Origin: Phaeosaccion multiseriatum | Lineage: Eukaryota > Protista > Ochrophyta, other classes | Reading direction: 5' to 3' | NCBI GenBank assembly: GCA_965112735.1 | Contig: OZ218957.1 | Coordinates: 3,224,001-3,288,000, forward strand | DNA length: 64,000 nt | Part shown: in pieces, positions 24,248 through 36,436 of the stretch | Layout: every line of letters begins with the position of its first letter | Numbering within the stretch: position 1 is the stretch's first letter | Notes under the pieces: model-generated | Seen by the model: the letters and a program-made list of their open reading frames with translations, nothing else | The model's database searches: none | What the model was told of the DNA's origin: nothing | Position numbers and translations under genes: made by a program

Positions 24248-26933
24248 GAGGAGGAGGAGGAGGAACAGCAGGAGCAGGAGTATGGTAAGCGACAAGTGGC
24301 ATAGAAACGAGGATAAGCAGCGAGCGGGGAGAGAGAGAGACACACAGAGAGAGAGAGTGGGAGGGAGAGGGAGAGAGAGAGAGAGTAAGAGAGAGAGAGA
24401 GAAAGAACGGGAAAGAGTGCTTCCGTACGTACCACTCCGAGACTGCCCTTCTTGCACGCCGCCACGAGGGCTGTGGTGCCGCTGTTGCGATCCTTAGCAT
24501 TGGGGTTGGCCCCGTGGGCTGGGCAGGAAGTCAGCGTGGAGGGCAGTAAGTCAATGAGAGGGCAGTAAGTCAATGAGGAGGGCAGTATTCAGCGTTCAGC
24601 GAGGGGAGTAGGAAGAATAAGGATAGCAAGGAGAGCAAGGAGACCGGCATGCAAGGTAGAAATGGTGCTCAGATACTGGTCTGTCTGTCTGTCTGTCATG
24701 AGAGTGGTCCCTCTCCAGTACTTGCTTGCATGTATCCCTTCCAAGACACAATCCAAACATTATGAGTTTCCTTAGGTGATTCCTACTCGGTCAATGAGCC
24801 ATTGAAGTACAGAGTGAAAAGGTGTGCGTTCGTGTGTGTGAATCAAAGGTGTGCGTTCGTGTGTGTGACCATTGGTGTGACCATTAATACGACCATCAAC
24901 GTGACCATTGGTGTGACGTACCAAGGAGGGCGTTGACGATGTCGAGGTTTGCGCTGTTGGAGCAGCAGAGGATGAGGGGGCTGCCCGAGGGACGTCCACG
25001 ATGCCCAGAGACCACGTTCGCATTCGCTCCTGAACACGTCACGTACGTTGTGTGCGTGTGTGTGGTGTGTGTGTGTGTGTGTGCGTGCGTGTACGTGTTG
25101 CGTGTGTTGGGATGGAAGGAGAGGAGAGGGGAAGCAGCAGCACACCTGAGCAAAGGGCCTAAAAAGCTTTAACGCAGTGAGGCAGCTTCAGTCAAGCGAA
25201 GGCATTGCGCAATCGAAGACAGAGCCCAAAGTGGCGTGTTGCCTGTGAGTTCGTACGGACTACCAATCCGCCTACCTGCTTCGAGTAGCAGCAGAGCCAT
25301 GTCGACGTTTCCTCTCTTGGCCGCCCACGAGAGCGCGCTCCATCCCTTGCAGCACACGGCGTTCACATCTGTGCCCGCTGAAGAGAGGCATATGGGCATA
25401 CAGGCATACGGGCAGGCAAGCAGACAGGCACGCAGACAGGCACGCAGACACGCAGACAGGCAGGAGCGAAAGGGGAGCGGCGGGAGGGAAACGAGTTGGA
25501 CCAGAGCTGGAGTATGCATGTTCCTTCCTGCATCTCCAATAGCTGCTGCTGTTTCTGTATCACCAACTGCTGCTGCTGCTGCTACTGCTGCTGCGGCTCG
25601 CAGGGGCCATTTCAGCTTACGTGGGTGGTGAGGCAAGATCAGAGACTTGCCACAATCGTACTCACGCATCAACACGCACATACCAACACACACACACAAA
25701 ACACACGCCCAACCACCCACACCCACCCACCCACCCACACACACACCGACACACACAAATACACACACACACTCACACCCACACATATATATACACACAC
25801 ACACGCACACGCACATGGTACCTCAGCCCCCTACCAATCTGACTAACCTTGGACGAGGGCCTTTACACTGCCCAGGAAAGCCCCTTCCGCGGCTCGCAGA
25901 AGAGGTGTGCACCCGCTCTTGGCCTCTCGGAGGTCGGTGGGAAAGTCGAAGTCGAGCAGCAAGCGCACCACCTTTTGAGTGCCGAGTCAGAGAGAGAGAG
26001 GAGTCAGATACGAGTCAGCTAGGACCTAGTGTGTGTCAAGAGTAGTACAGTTTCAGCTTTTGTTGTTGGTTACAGTTGTAGTTAGGAACTAGAGGGCCTT
26101 GTGTCAAAGATAACAAAGGTGAGAAGGTGCCCACCTTGGAGAAGCCTCCGGTGGCGGCCAGACCGAGCGCGCTCTCTCCTCCGCCGCACTTTGGATCGCC
26201 TCTGTAGGCCTTGCTCCAGTCGATGCGAGCCATGATACCCGCATTCTGGAGGGAGGGGAGGGAGGGGAACAACGGGACAAGAAAGAGGAGAGGAGAGGAC
26301 AAGGCCAAGACGGCACCAAACGGAGGATCATTCTTCGGCTGCACATAAACATCTGATGACTGCCCACAACAACAACAACACCAAACGGGGCCTTGAGAAT
26401 GGAAAAGAGGGCAGGACGTGGAGAGCCTCATCAACGCCAAGGCTTGCCCCAAAGTGCCGTCCCCTTGGTTCAGTAGTGAGGTACACTCACTCACCACTGC
26501 TCCTCTCCCCTCCCTCCCTCCCTCACTCACTCACTCACTCACTCCCCCACTCCCACTCCTTCTCTCCCTCTCCCTCTTCCCCTTCCCGCCTCGCCGCCTC
26601 GCCCTCTCCCTCTCACTCCGGGCGTCAGGAGGCTACTCACCAGCAACTGACCGACGATATCCCAGTACCCGAGCATGCTCGCCATCCCGAGGGGAGTGGT
26701 CTTGTCGGAGCTCGGGTAGCGTCGCTCGAGGGCCCCTCGGCAGAGGAGAATGTGTGTCACTTCCCCCCACCCTTCTTCGGCGGCGATGGTGAGGGCATTG
26801 AGACCAGTTTGAGTCTGCTTATTCCAGTCCAGTCCCAAGTAGAGAGGGAGAGAAGAAGAGGGGAGAGGGAGATTGGCAAGGTGTCAGTTTGAGGGGGTCG
26901 AGAGAGAGCCAGCCAGTCGGAGACAGAGGGGAG

Positions 26934-26968
<35 letters not shown>

Positions 26969-27850
26969 AAGAAGGAAATAGAACGAGACGCTTCTCTTGC
27001 ATTTCCCTCCACAAGCATGAGTCTCCTACACATTACCCATTCCCCACTACCCTGGAAGGTACCTCCCTCTTCTCTGCGCCCACAGAGGTTTGCACACGCA
27101 TGCCCATGGCTTGGTGACGAAACTTCTCATCATCGACATGGTTTGTTCCTTACGCTATCACCCAAGGTGCGAGATATCAACCGTACCTTCCAGTGCAGAG
27201 TCTTGCCCGCGCCATACCGGAAGAGCAGCTCCACCACTTGGGCCACGCCGGAGTGGGCACTGCACATGAGCGGCTGAGACACGTTCAGGTATTCACGCAG
27301 AGAGAGAGAGGGAGGAGGCGTGCGATAAGCGGCTGAGATACGGTGACAGAGCGAGGGAGAAGAAGACGGAGTGGGACGAGGGAGGGGCGAACGTGGGGAG
27401 CGTGGAGGACCTAAAAGGTGCATCGGAGGGTGAGGATAGCCGGTCATTTCACCCCAGACATGGAGGAAGGCGTGTGTCTGTCTCACCGTTTCTCCCGCTG
27501 TTGCGCGATCGAGGACCTTCGCACCCTTCCTCAGCAGAAAATCGACACTGACTGTGCGGCCGGTGTAGCACGCAGTCTGCAGAAAGGTACAGGAGAAAGA
27601 GGGGACCATTAGTTGAAGAGAAGTCCGTTACCTGCGCCCTCCTCGTCTATCTTACCGACAGTAAAGAGTAGCCGTCCTCATCTCTGGCTTGCAGGAGAAC
27701 GTCGACACCAGTCAAGCGCCTTCCTCGCTGTGCAGGTCCCTGCTGCCGCCGCTGCTGTTGCTGCTGCTGCTCGGCCTCGCTCGTCGCGAACCAAGCCTTG
27801 AAGGCCTCGTCCCCTTCTCTTAGAGCAGCGAAGCCCGCTCCCCGATCCAT
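22375..27850 (-). CDS. Multi-exon ankyrin-repeat protein with a C-terminal GW-repeat and Gln/His-rich tail
   Basis: Roughly one ankyrin repeat per exon: [96 protein letters not shown]. The last exon opens [13 protein letters not shown] and then has DGSGW repeats and a QH tract. The exact 5' and 3' ends are uncertain. Confidence 0.8.
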
Positions 27851-28263
27851 GCTCTTTCTCTCCCTAGTGCGGGCATCGAATTGATGTCAAAGTCTATGGT
27901 CTTATCGAGGCAGCACACAGCATGGGTGGTGATATTTATCTGTATACATGGTCCCCCACGGTTGGACAAAAGGGGTGGTGCTTCACGTCTCTCGCCAGCC
28001 TGTTGATCTCTTCTCCCCCCCTCTCGCTCGCTCCTCATGCTACTACTACTATTATTGCAACTCCTGCTCCCGCTTCGTCGCTTCGGACTGCACAGGATTA
28101 TCTGATCTTTGATTATGGCCGGCGCCAGGTCTGATTACTGATTACTGATTATGGTCGGCGCATACCATAATCCCGACCGCTGATACGTTTGCTTCCTTGC
28201 AGCGCCGCTATTTGTCTGTGCCAATTCGTCAGCAGCACAGCCAAACACGCCCTAGCTACACGC

Positions 28264-29260
28264 CTACACGCACGCACGCACGGGGGGATGGGGCAGTGAG
28301 GATGACGAGAAGCGTACGTGCCTCTTCTTCTCACTCGCCGTCACCATGCTCTCCTCCAGCACCGCCCACTCCTCTCCCTTCTCGTCATCCTCACTGCCCC
28401 CTCCCCCTGAGCGAAAACGGTGGTAGGCAGCCACAAAGTCTCGGACGGTGCTCTCCACGCTTTGTCCCCTTCCTCTTGGTGCGGACGCCAAGTACGGCAG
28501 CAGTGACACCTTGGTCCGGCCCACAGCCAACACCACGCCATTCGAAAGCTGCCTGTCCCGGCGGCCGCAGCAAGCTACGGCAGTTTTCAGCCCTCTCCAT
28601 ATACACCAGAAGGCAGCAGAAGGCAGCTGCATCTCGTCTCGGACATGGGAGCCCCAGCCCCTCGGCCAATCCTTCCCCACTCTCCTACTCTGCCTTCTCC
28701 TCCTCCATGTGCTCTTTCTCACTGGAGGGGGGGATCTTCCTCCTCTTCTGTGCCCTCCCGTTGATGATGTCGGTGGGAGCACGTCGCTTGGGCACGGGTG
28801 CACACTGAGCCTCCGCCTGCTCTTCCTCTTGCTGCTGCTTCTCCTCCGGCCCCTGCTGCTGCTGCTCTGCTCGCCCTCATATCATTCGAGCATGCCCCTT
28901 GCACTTCTCGTCATGTTAACTCTGGGCTTGCTTGCTTGCTTCTCACAGCCCCTCAACAGGACATGTTACCTCTCTTGACCACAGCTCCGTGGGATACGTA
29001 CAATCCTCCTTGGACCCGGACTTTCTCACACTCTTCAACAGCTCTTCAACAGTACACGCAGGCCTCTCGACCACAGCTCCGTGGGATTTCCAAAATTCTC
29101 CTTGGAGACGCTGCTTCTCACACCCCCTCAACTCTACACCTCACTTTCATCGCAGCTCCTTGGCACTTACACAATCCTCCTTGCTTCGACTGCTTCTCAC
29201 ACAGCCCTGCTGTGGTGCTGTGGTGCTGTCCGTGGTGTTGCATTGGAAGGCAGGAGCCCC
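28264..29260 (-). pseudogene. Decayed gene with four degenerate C-x3-GC-x-K-x4-GG-x-C-x2-HG (WRKY19-like) zinc-finger repeats
   Basis: Across frameshifts, 29210->28930 reads CEKQSKQGGLCKCQG, CRVEG/CEKQRLQGEFWKSHG, CTVEE/CEKVRVQGGLYVSHG, CPVEG/CEKQ. Cys/His ligands are lost, there is an 11-bp duplication (CTGTTGAAGAG), and there are in-frame stops downstream. Confidence 0.65.
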
Positions 29261-29458
29261 TCCCTGTCCGCGCTTCTCGGAAGCAAATCCCAAATAGGCG
29301 AGTTCAAGTCAGGCAGCTCCAAGAGGGCCCTCTCTCTCTCTCTCTCCCCCTCCCTCTCTCTTTCTCTCTCGCCCTCTTCGCTATCTGCTCCGGCGGTTAA
29401 ACTCGACGCCCCCTCCTCTCTCTACACGTCCGATAATCGTGCTCTGTATCGAGTCATT

Positions 29459-30429
29459 TCAGCCGCTCTTCCCCACGCTGCCGTCGCCTCCCGTCTCCTT
29501 CCTCTCCTTCGGCTCGGCCAACAGCCCCAGCACGACATTGATGACCGTCTGAAAGGTAAAGGAGTCCCTCCCCTCGTCCTTCAAGGCCACGGCCAGCAGC
29601 AGCGGTTTGGGAGAGCTGAGTCGTCACCACGCAACAGAGAGGGCGGAGAGGGAGGGAGGAACAAAGGGGAGGGAAGCTAGGTGAAGCAAGGCTAACGCAC
29701 AAAAGCAGAGACACAGGGGGGTCAGTACGACATGCGTGCCATTTGGGGGCCCTGCATCTCTCGCAGCTGCGTGCTGTGTCTCGTTTTTCTCTCACTTGAT
29801 TTGCTCCATCAGTTGGCGGCCGTAGATGGTAAGGAGGGGGTCATCCCTCCTGCCTAGCAGCGTATTGACCTCGTAGCTTTTCATGCCTGTGGCCTCGGAC
29901 TTCTCTACCGTTGCCAGCAGCTTACGCGGGGAAAGGAGAGGGGGAGGGAAAGCAGGGCAGGCAGGGAGATGATGAGAGGGTGAAAAGCAGTCCGGTGGAT
30001 GGATGGACTTGGAATGTGAAGGTGAGAAGGGAGCTTCGTTACGCGAAGTGTTGATTCTGCGATGGCCGCATACGATTAGATTAGGGCTTCGGGCCGTGGT
30101 CTCGATCGAGCATGGCTCGCACTTACAATGCTCCCCAGCTTCTTGAGTTGAGTCACTGTCACAAAGTTGCGATCCGCGTACTGGATCACGATCACCTCCG
30201 TTCGCACGCCGTCGATTTCCTGCGGAGAGAGCGAGGGCCAAGCCCAAACGACCGTGAATGTGAGATCAGGATCCTCCCCTTCCCCTTTTTCCTTTCCTTC
30301 CCTCCTCTCTCCCCCTTCTTCTCTTACCACTGCAGCTTGGCTCTGCTTCACGCTGCCGGTTCCGGCTTTACCCGCAGCCGGTGTCTCTGCGCCACCTCCC
30401 CCTCCCCCAGCGACAACTCCAAACTCCAT
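29459..30429 (-). CDS. PSMG3: Proteasome assembly chaperone 3 (PAC3)
   Basis: Exons 30429-30328, 30219-30127, 29920-29796 and 29615-29459 splice in frame: EIDGVRTEVIVIQYADRNFVTVTQLKKLGSI-LLAT...YEVNTLLGRRDDPLL...KPLLLAVALKD. Confidence 0.85.
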
Positions 30430-30562
30430 TTTTGCCTCTGGCTCGTACACTTACACTTCCATCAACCCCGGGGGGCCCATCGTGTAATCGGCCGCCTTTT
30501 TTGTGACTATTTTCGGTACTGTATCATTTCTTTACCACCCTCTTTTCTAACTCACGCTCACG

Positions 30563-31091
30563 ATGAAGGCTTGCATTGCAGCTGTTGCAGGAGTGCTGCT
30601 GGGGGGCTCTGCCGTGGAAGGATTTATCACAGCCACTCCAGCAAAGCTTGCAAGGCAGCAGAGCAGTTTTGTGGCTCCATGCAGCCCAGCCTCGTCAGCA
30701 GAGAGGACGGCCTCGCCACGGACGTTTGCGGGTGGTCTGAGCATGATGGCGAGGACTCCCTTCATGGCGGGAAATTGGAAGATGAATCCCACTGACATGG
30801 GCACCGCAGTGCAACTAGCAAAAGACGTAAGTGGGAGACTTTAATTGGGCCGGTGTATGAGTGATGGAGCGACAGTTTCCATGACAAGGAGGAGGAAGGG
30901 GCGGCGAGATGGCCAAGGGTTTGCATGAAGGAATTCGTCTGCTTGCGCAGGCATGATTTCCTTCTGATGTTGCTGGGCCATGCTGCTGCTGGCCCAGCAT
31001 GTTCCATACTTGTTCCCTGGTAACTATGACACATGATAATTCATTTCTGCCTCGCTGGTCTATCCCCGGCATTGCGTGGCTCACTTTCCTG

Positions 31092-31123
<32 letters not shown>

Positions 31124-33087
31124 TCAGGTGGCGGAGGCAACGAAGGACACAGAGGGCGTGGATGTGGGCATCATCCCACCTCACCCGTTCATCGTACCCG
31201 TCAAGAACGCCCTTGAGGGCTCGCATATCAAGGTCAGTAAGCAGCAAGCGGGGTCCTTAAGTAGAATGTGTGCTAGTGAGTGACGGGGCACTTTTCCCAG
31301 TCACGGTCATCGCGTTTGAGGGGCCAGTATGAAACAAACAAACAACACAAACGAATAACTCTCGCCGAGGCATGCCCCTTGACCCCATCCCATGCATGCA
31401 ATTGAATGTCCCTCCCTCCCATGCCCCGCCCACCTTCAGACGGGTGCCCAAAACGTGTATATCGAGAACAACGGAGCCTTCACCGGTGCCGTGGCGTCAT
31501 CAATGCTGTCGAGTGTGGGTGTGTACTATGTGCTAGTGGGGCACAGCGAGAGGAGGGTGCTATTCAAGGACTCGGACTCCACAGTCAATAAGAAAGTAAG
31601 AGTGAGCGATGAGAGAAGGAGGGGAGGGGGAGATGGCAGGGGAAGGGAGGAGGAGGTACGGTATAACGGAGGATAGGATGGCCATGGGTATACGGGAATC
31701 TCTCTCTCTCTGGAGGGAAGGAAGGAAGTTGGAGGAATAGGAGGAGGGGAGATGGAGAGGCTCTCTGCCGTGATGTAATGACCGCCACTGATGCCTTGTA
31801 CTACACTATGGCATGCTTTACGGCTTCCTCTCTTCTATCATTCGTAGTCTTCCTTCCTTCCCTCCCCGTTCACTAATTCCTTCCTCCCTCCCTTCCTTCC
31901 TTCCCTTCCTTCCTTCCTGCCCTCCTTCCTTCCTTCCGTCCTTCCCGTGCTTCCTTCCTTCCCTCCCTCCCTCCTTCCTTCCGTAGATGCGCAAGGTACT
32001 TGACGCGGGGATGAACCCAATTCTTTGCATCGGAGAGTCAAAGGAGGAGTACGAGGCGGGCCTCAACAAGGAGGTGTGCGCGATTCAGCTGGGCAAGGGC
32101 ACAGCAGATGTCACCCCGGAGGAGATGGCCAGGCTTGTAGTCGCGTATGAGCCCATCTGGGCTATCGGAACGGGGCTGACGGCCACACCAGAGATTGCCC
32201 AAGAGGTAATGGTATAAGGGGCAGTGGAGGGGAGCGGGAGGGCAGGACAGGGTAGGGTGGGATGGGGTGGGGAGTGGGCAGGAGGATGCAGTAGGATGCA
32301 TGTGGATAGGCAGGAGAGAGGGAGGCAGGCAGGCGGTGGTGCGCACACGAGCGAAACTTGAGAGGAGGGAGGAGGCGTTTAGGTCTTGTCCATGTCCTGT
32401 CAATGTCCTGTCAATGTCCTGTTTCTCGTAGTCCAGGTATTCATGGCTCTCTCTCTCCCCCCTCCCCTTCTTTCTCTCCCTGCCTCCCTGCTGCCGTCTT
32501 TGCATCCATGTGATAGGTGCACGCATACATCCGCTCATGGCTAGCGGACAAGTACGGACAGGAAATCGCGGATACAGTGCGGATACAATACGGAGGTGAG
32601 TTACTCCATCGCGTGTGCGCAGTCTCTCAGGCAGCACACAGTTATACACAGCCATGGACACGTTCGGCCTCACTATAGAGAGAGCTGCTTGGCCTGGCCT
32701 GGCGTGGCGCACAAATGGCTCTGGCAAGGATTCGTGTTGTTGCTTCACCTCATGTCTATGAGTGTGCGGGCGGGCGTGCGGGCGTGCGTGCGGGCGTGCG
32801 TGCGGGCGTGCGTGCGTATGACTCATCGTCGTGCGGAGGTGACTGCGAACTTACCATGAACTGGATGTACTTCAGTCCTCGCGTCGATGCTGACTCATTT
32901 CTCTCTATCACCAACACGCACACACACACACGCACGCACGCACGCCCGCCCGCCCGCACTTACAGGTTCTGTAACGCCTGAGACAGTGGATGAGCTCATG
33001 GCGTGCCCGGACATCGACGGGGCACTCGTGGGGGGGGCATCGCTCGTAGCCGACAAGTTCGCCCGGATTGTAAACTTTACCAAGTGA
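30563..33087 (+). CDS. TPI: Triosephosphate isomerase, plastid-targeted (bipartite presequence)
   Basis: Exons 30563-30826, 31128-31232, 31440-31595, 31987-32205, 32517-32595 and 32966-33087. Motifs [51 protein letters not shown]. The signal peptide ends VEG|F. Confidence 0.97.
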
Positions 33088-33704
33088 GGAGGGTGAGAGA
33101 GGGAGAGAGAGAGAGAGAGAGAGAGAAGAGAAGAGAGAGAGAAGATGAGAGGTTGACCTGACTATACTAAGATGAAAGATACACAGGATCAGAAGTTGGT
33201 GGTACGGCACTATCACAGACCGCGTCGCCTCTTCGCCACGGGTGTTGGCCTCTCTCGGCGAGGAAGGCAGCGTAAGAGAAGTCTGTCTCTGCAAGAGAGA
33301 AGGAGAGGAGGGAGGGAGGGAGGGAGGGAAGGGGGGAGAGCGCACCTTCCTGCAAAAGGATAGGATTTGATTTTGACGCACTACAATGGTACACGAAGTG
33401 ACACTCAAACTCTCTTTGGGAATAGACGAGACGAGAGCCTTCCGACAGTATAGAGACACAGCGTTGAGCGGCTGCTGTGCTGTTGCTCCTGCTACTGGAG
33501 ATGGTCCGCCCGTCGCCGTTTTGCAGTTTATTTTAGACCGGAACTAAATAAAGAGCATTGTCTTTGAGTTGGGAAAACAAGACTTCGTGTGGGTGCGGTA
33601 TGAATTCGGCTTGAATGACAGCGTAGGAACCAATCTGCCTGGTACCGGGCTTGTTAGCCCGATAAGGTACGTCGTTGGGCTTGTTAAGCCTACGATACCT
33701 CGTT

Positions 33705-33892
33705 GTATTGTACCAACACCAGAAGACTCATTAGTTTCCTACAATTCTCGTTGTAGTGTACCAACACCAGGAGACTCATCTCATTAGTCTCCTACAAAAA
33801 TCAGGAGACTCATTAGTCTCCTACAAATTAAATCAGGAGACTCATTAGTCTCCTAAAATTCTCGTACTGTACCAACACCAGGAGACTCCTAA
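33705..33892. repeat. Cluster of five palindromic AGGAGACT-CATT-AGTCTCCT units (8-bp stem) with short related linkers
   Basis: Copies at 33721 (variant), 33769 (expanded loop), 33803, 33835 and 33880 (partial). The linker TGTACCAACACC appears three times. Confidence 0.85.
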
Positions 33893-34618
33893 CCGGGGCC
33901 GGCGCTCCTCCTTCCTCTACAGAGCAATTGGGACGAACGAAAGACCAAAGACCGAACTCATCAACTCAATCGTAGCTCAAAGTCGTCTCCCGCCAAGTCA
34001 GGCATGACGTCACCCTGTCAGTCATCTTGGCTGCTTGCTGCACTGAGTGTGTCCGTACATCTTGGCACCACTTCACAAGGAGGCACCAGAGAGTCTAACC
34101 ACCCTCCCTCCCACACACACACACACACACAGCCAGGAGCGATACCACCACCGCGAGGGAGGCCCCAAGCCGAGATGTGTTTGCATTTGGCCTGCCCACC
34201 ACTGTCAGTCAGTAGTCAGTAGTTCCTTTTGACCTCTCCAGCCGTCCACCAATCAGTCAGTCGCCCCCCTTTCGACCTTTCCACGACCTTTCCAGCTCCT
34301 GTTTTGTCTCATCGTGCGGCCCAGCAATGTCCCCCCTTCCGTCCCCGCTGGACTTGTACGGTTGCCTGCTCGCCAGCACGAAGCCAAGCGAGAGCGATGA
34401 ACCGAAGTGACGGTCAGCCATTGCCGCTCGTCAGGGACGAGGGACGCAACGGAGTGGAGCGCAACTGTGTAGTAGGTGCTCGGGAGAGAGCAAGCCCCAC
34501 GGCTGCACGGGCACCCCATACAGCCGACGCGCGAGAGAGCAACACCATGCTCCACCTCAGTCTGACTTGAGCACGGCAGCTGGAGGGGGGCTGCTGCCTG
34601 TATAAGAGCTGCTGTTCC

Positions 34619-35314
34619 TTAGCCGCTTCCCTTCGAGTCCCCAGCAGCAGCGCCTGCCCCACCTCCAACTCGCCCTCCTCGCCCTCCTCGCCCCCCTCTT
34701 GCCCCCGCCCCCGCCCCCCGCCCTCCTCTCCAGCTCCCCCCTCCAGGCGGGCCCGTCCCCTTTCGACCTCTGCGCATGCCAGCGCCCTTGATAGGCTTAA
34801 GGCCGGTCACCAGCTCCGCCTCGGCAGCACACTCGGACGCTGCGGCTTGGAGCTGAGCCAGGCCGGCCCCTGCCGCTCCTTTCGGCAAGGCAGCAGCCGC
34901 AGCGGACTCTTGCTGCGCCGCTGTGAGCCGCTCTCTGCGTGCAGCGTCCACCTGCTTGGTCTCCTCCACCTCTGCAGCGGCGGTACACCCTTTACACTTG
35001 CGTGCGCTATCGAGGTTTCGGGCCTGAGTGTTTGTATAGCTTGAGACGGGCAAATCAGTTTTGCAGCGACTGCAACGCAACAAACTGCCGTCTCCAGTCT
35101 GACCACCAGAAGCAGAGGCAGCGGTGGCCTTCTCTCGCTCCGCCGCCGCCTCCTTCTCTACACACTCCCTGCATTTGACTGGAACGTCTCCTCCTTTGGC
35201 CGCTCGGAGCTTGTCGAGCTGCTTACGGCTGAAGTGCTCCGCCGTGAGGCGCTTCCTCCTGCAGGAGCTGCACGTGAGGTCTCCCGCCCAGCTCCCCCCT
35301 ACGGCGTCCGACAT
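34619..35314 (-). CDS. Intronless Stc1-like tandem C4 zinc-finger protein with an RGG-rich C-terminus (231 aa)
   Basis: CSSC-x7-HFSRKQL...KCREC and CSRC-x6-SYTNTQ...KCKGC fit the Stc1-type CxxC...F/Y-S/T-x2-Q...CxxC pattern. The tail is GGSWRGGRG...RGGRGGRGGR. Confidence 0.7.
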   Translation of the reverse strand: MSDAVGGSWAGDLTCSSCRRKRLTAEHFSRKQLDKLRAAKGGDVPVKCRECVEKEAAAEREKATAASASGGQTGDGSLLRCSRCKTDLPVSSYTNTQARNLDSARKCKGCTAAAEVEETKQVDAARRERLTAAQQESAAAAALPKGAAGAGLAQLQAAASECAAEAELVTGLKPIKGAGMRRGRKGTGPPGGGSWRGGRGAGAGARGGRGGRGGRVGGGAGAAAGDSKGSG

Positions 35315-36436
35315 AACAAATGGGCACTTCCACAATCGGTTCTCTAAAATCTGCGCAAGGATGCCCTCTACAAGAAGAGCTGTCGTCCGGTTCGAAGCAC
35401 TGCCGAGAAACGAAGCGGGTTGCTGAGCGAGCGCAGCGGGAAGGAAGCAGGTGGTTGGTGGGTGCGAGCAGGGTCGGGGGAGAGGGGTGCAGAGGGTGTG
35501 AGGCTTGGGCGGCTTGGGCGCGGGGTGAGGATCATGGTGGGAGAGAGAGGGTCGCACGGAGAGAGCGTCACGTGGGAGAGTGAGGTGAGGTAAATGTTCT
35601 CGAGGAGCCTTTCCACCCTTGCAGGTAGACAGTTAGTCACGGGGCCAGGGTGGTACGATGAGGTGCGGACACGCCCAACGGCAGACCATGTCTTCGCATA
35701 CGCCTTTTTGCCTCCTCATCGTCCTCGTCCTCGGAATGCTGCTTCTCGCTTCGCCCGACCCCTGCCTCGAAATGGCGGCTCCACGCACCTCTTAAACATC
35801 CTGCCTGATGACACCCTTCTTGGTACGACTGCGGCTACCGCTCCTTCTTCTGCTGCGGCTGGTGGCCGCGGCCTCAGTCCCTGTGGCGATGAGAATGAGC
35901 TCGCCTTAGCCGTCGAGATGAGATGCAAAACAACACCGTACTCCAGCCAAACGGCCCAAAGCTGTTGTGAGGGTCTACTCTATCGGTATAGATAAGATGG
36001 GGGAGCTCAGACGTGCACAGGAGCCTCTAGTTCTCTTGAAAAGAGGGCATCGAGTGGCGGATTCCGGACAATGTGATTTTTCTCCGGCCCTCCACTGCCA
36101 TCCATCCCTCCCAACTTTCCTTCCACCCGATCTCCACCCTCCTCTTCTCCCCATTCTTTCACCCGCCTCCCTCTCTCTTCCAAGCTGTTAGAGCCGCATT
36201 GGCCCCTTAATCACCTTCCATATCTACTTGTGCATCTGGCAGCAAGAAGGCTCCGCTGATTGCGCGACGACTCTGCCAAGAGCTGTGCCAAAGTGCACTG
36301 GCCCCACAGAACCAAGCAGCGGCCACACAGACAGGTACAGCAGCAAGCGGCGGCGGCAGCAGCCGGAAGCAGCGGCAACCGGAAGCAGTGGAAGAGGGAG
36401 GGGAGTCGTAGCCCCTGTATTCTCTGGCAGAGACAA

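Noticed and set aside
24108-24580. Recurring AGTAAGTCA(G/A)T word (also at 39022 and 59922)
   Set aside because: On the transcribed strand it reads YTGACTTAC, mostly just upstream of acceptors, so it is best explained as the branch-point consensus.
33705-33892. CRISPR-like appearance of palindromic repeats with spacers
   Set aside because: The linkers are 9-28 bp, related to each other and irregular; there are no cas genes and the context is eukaryotic.
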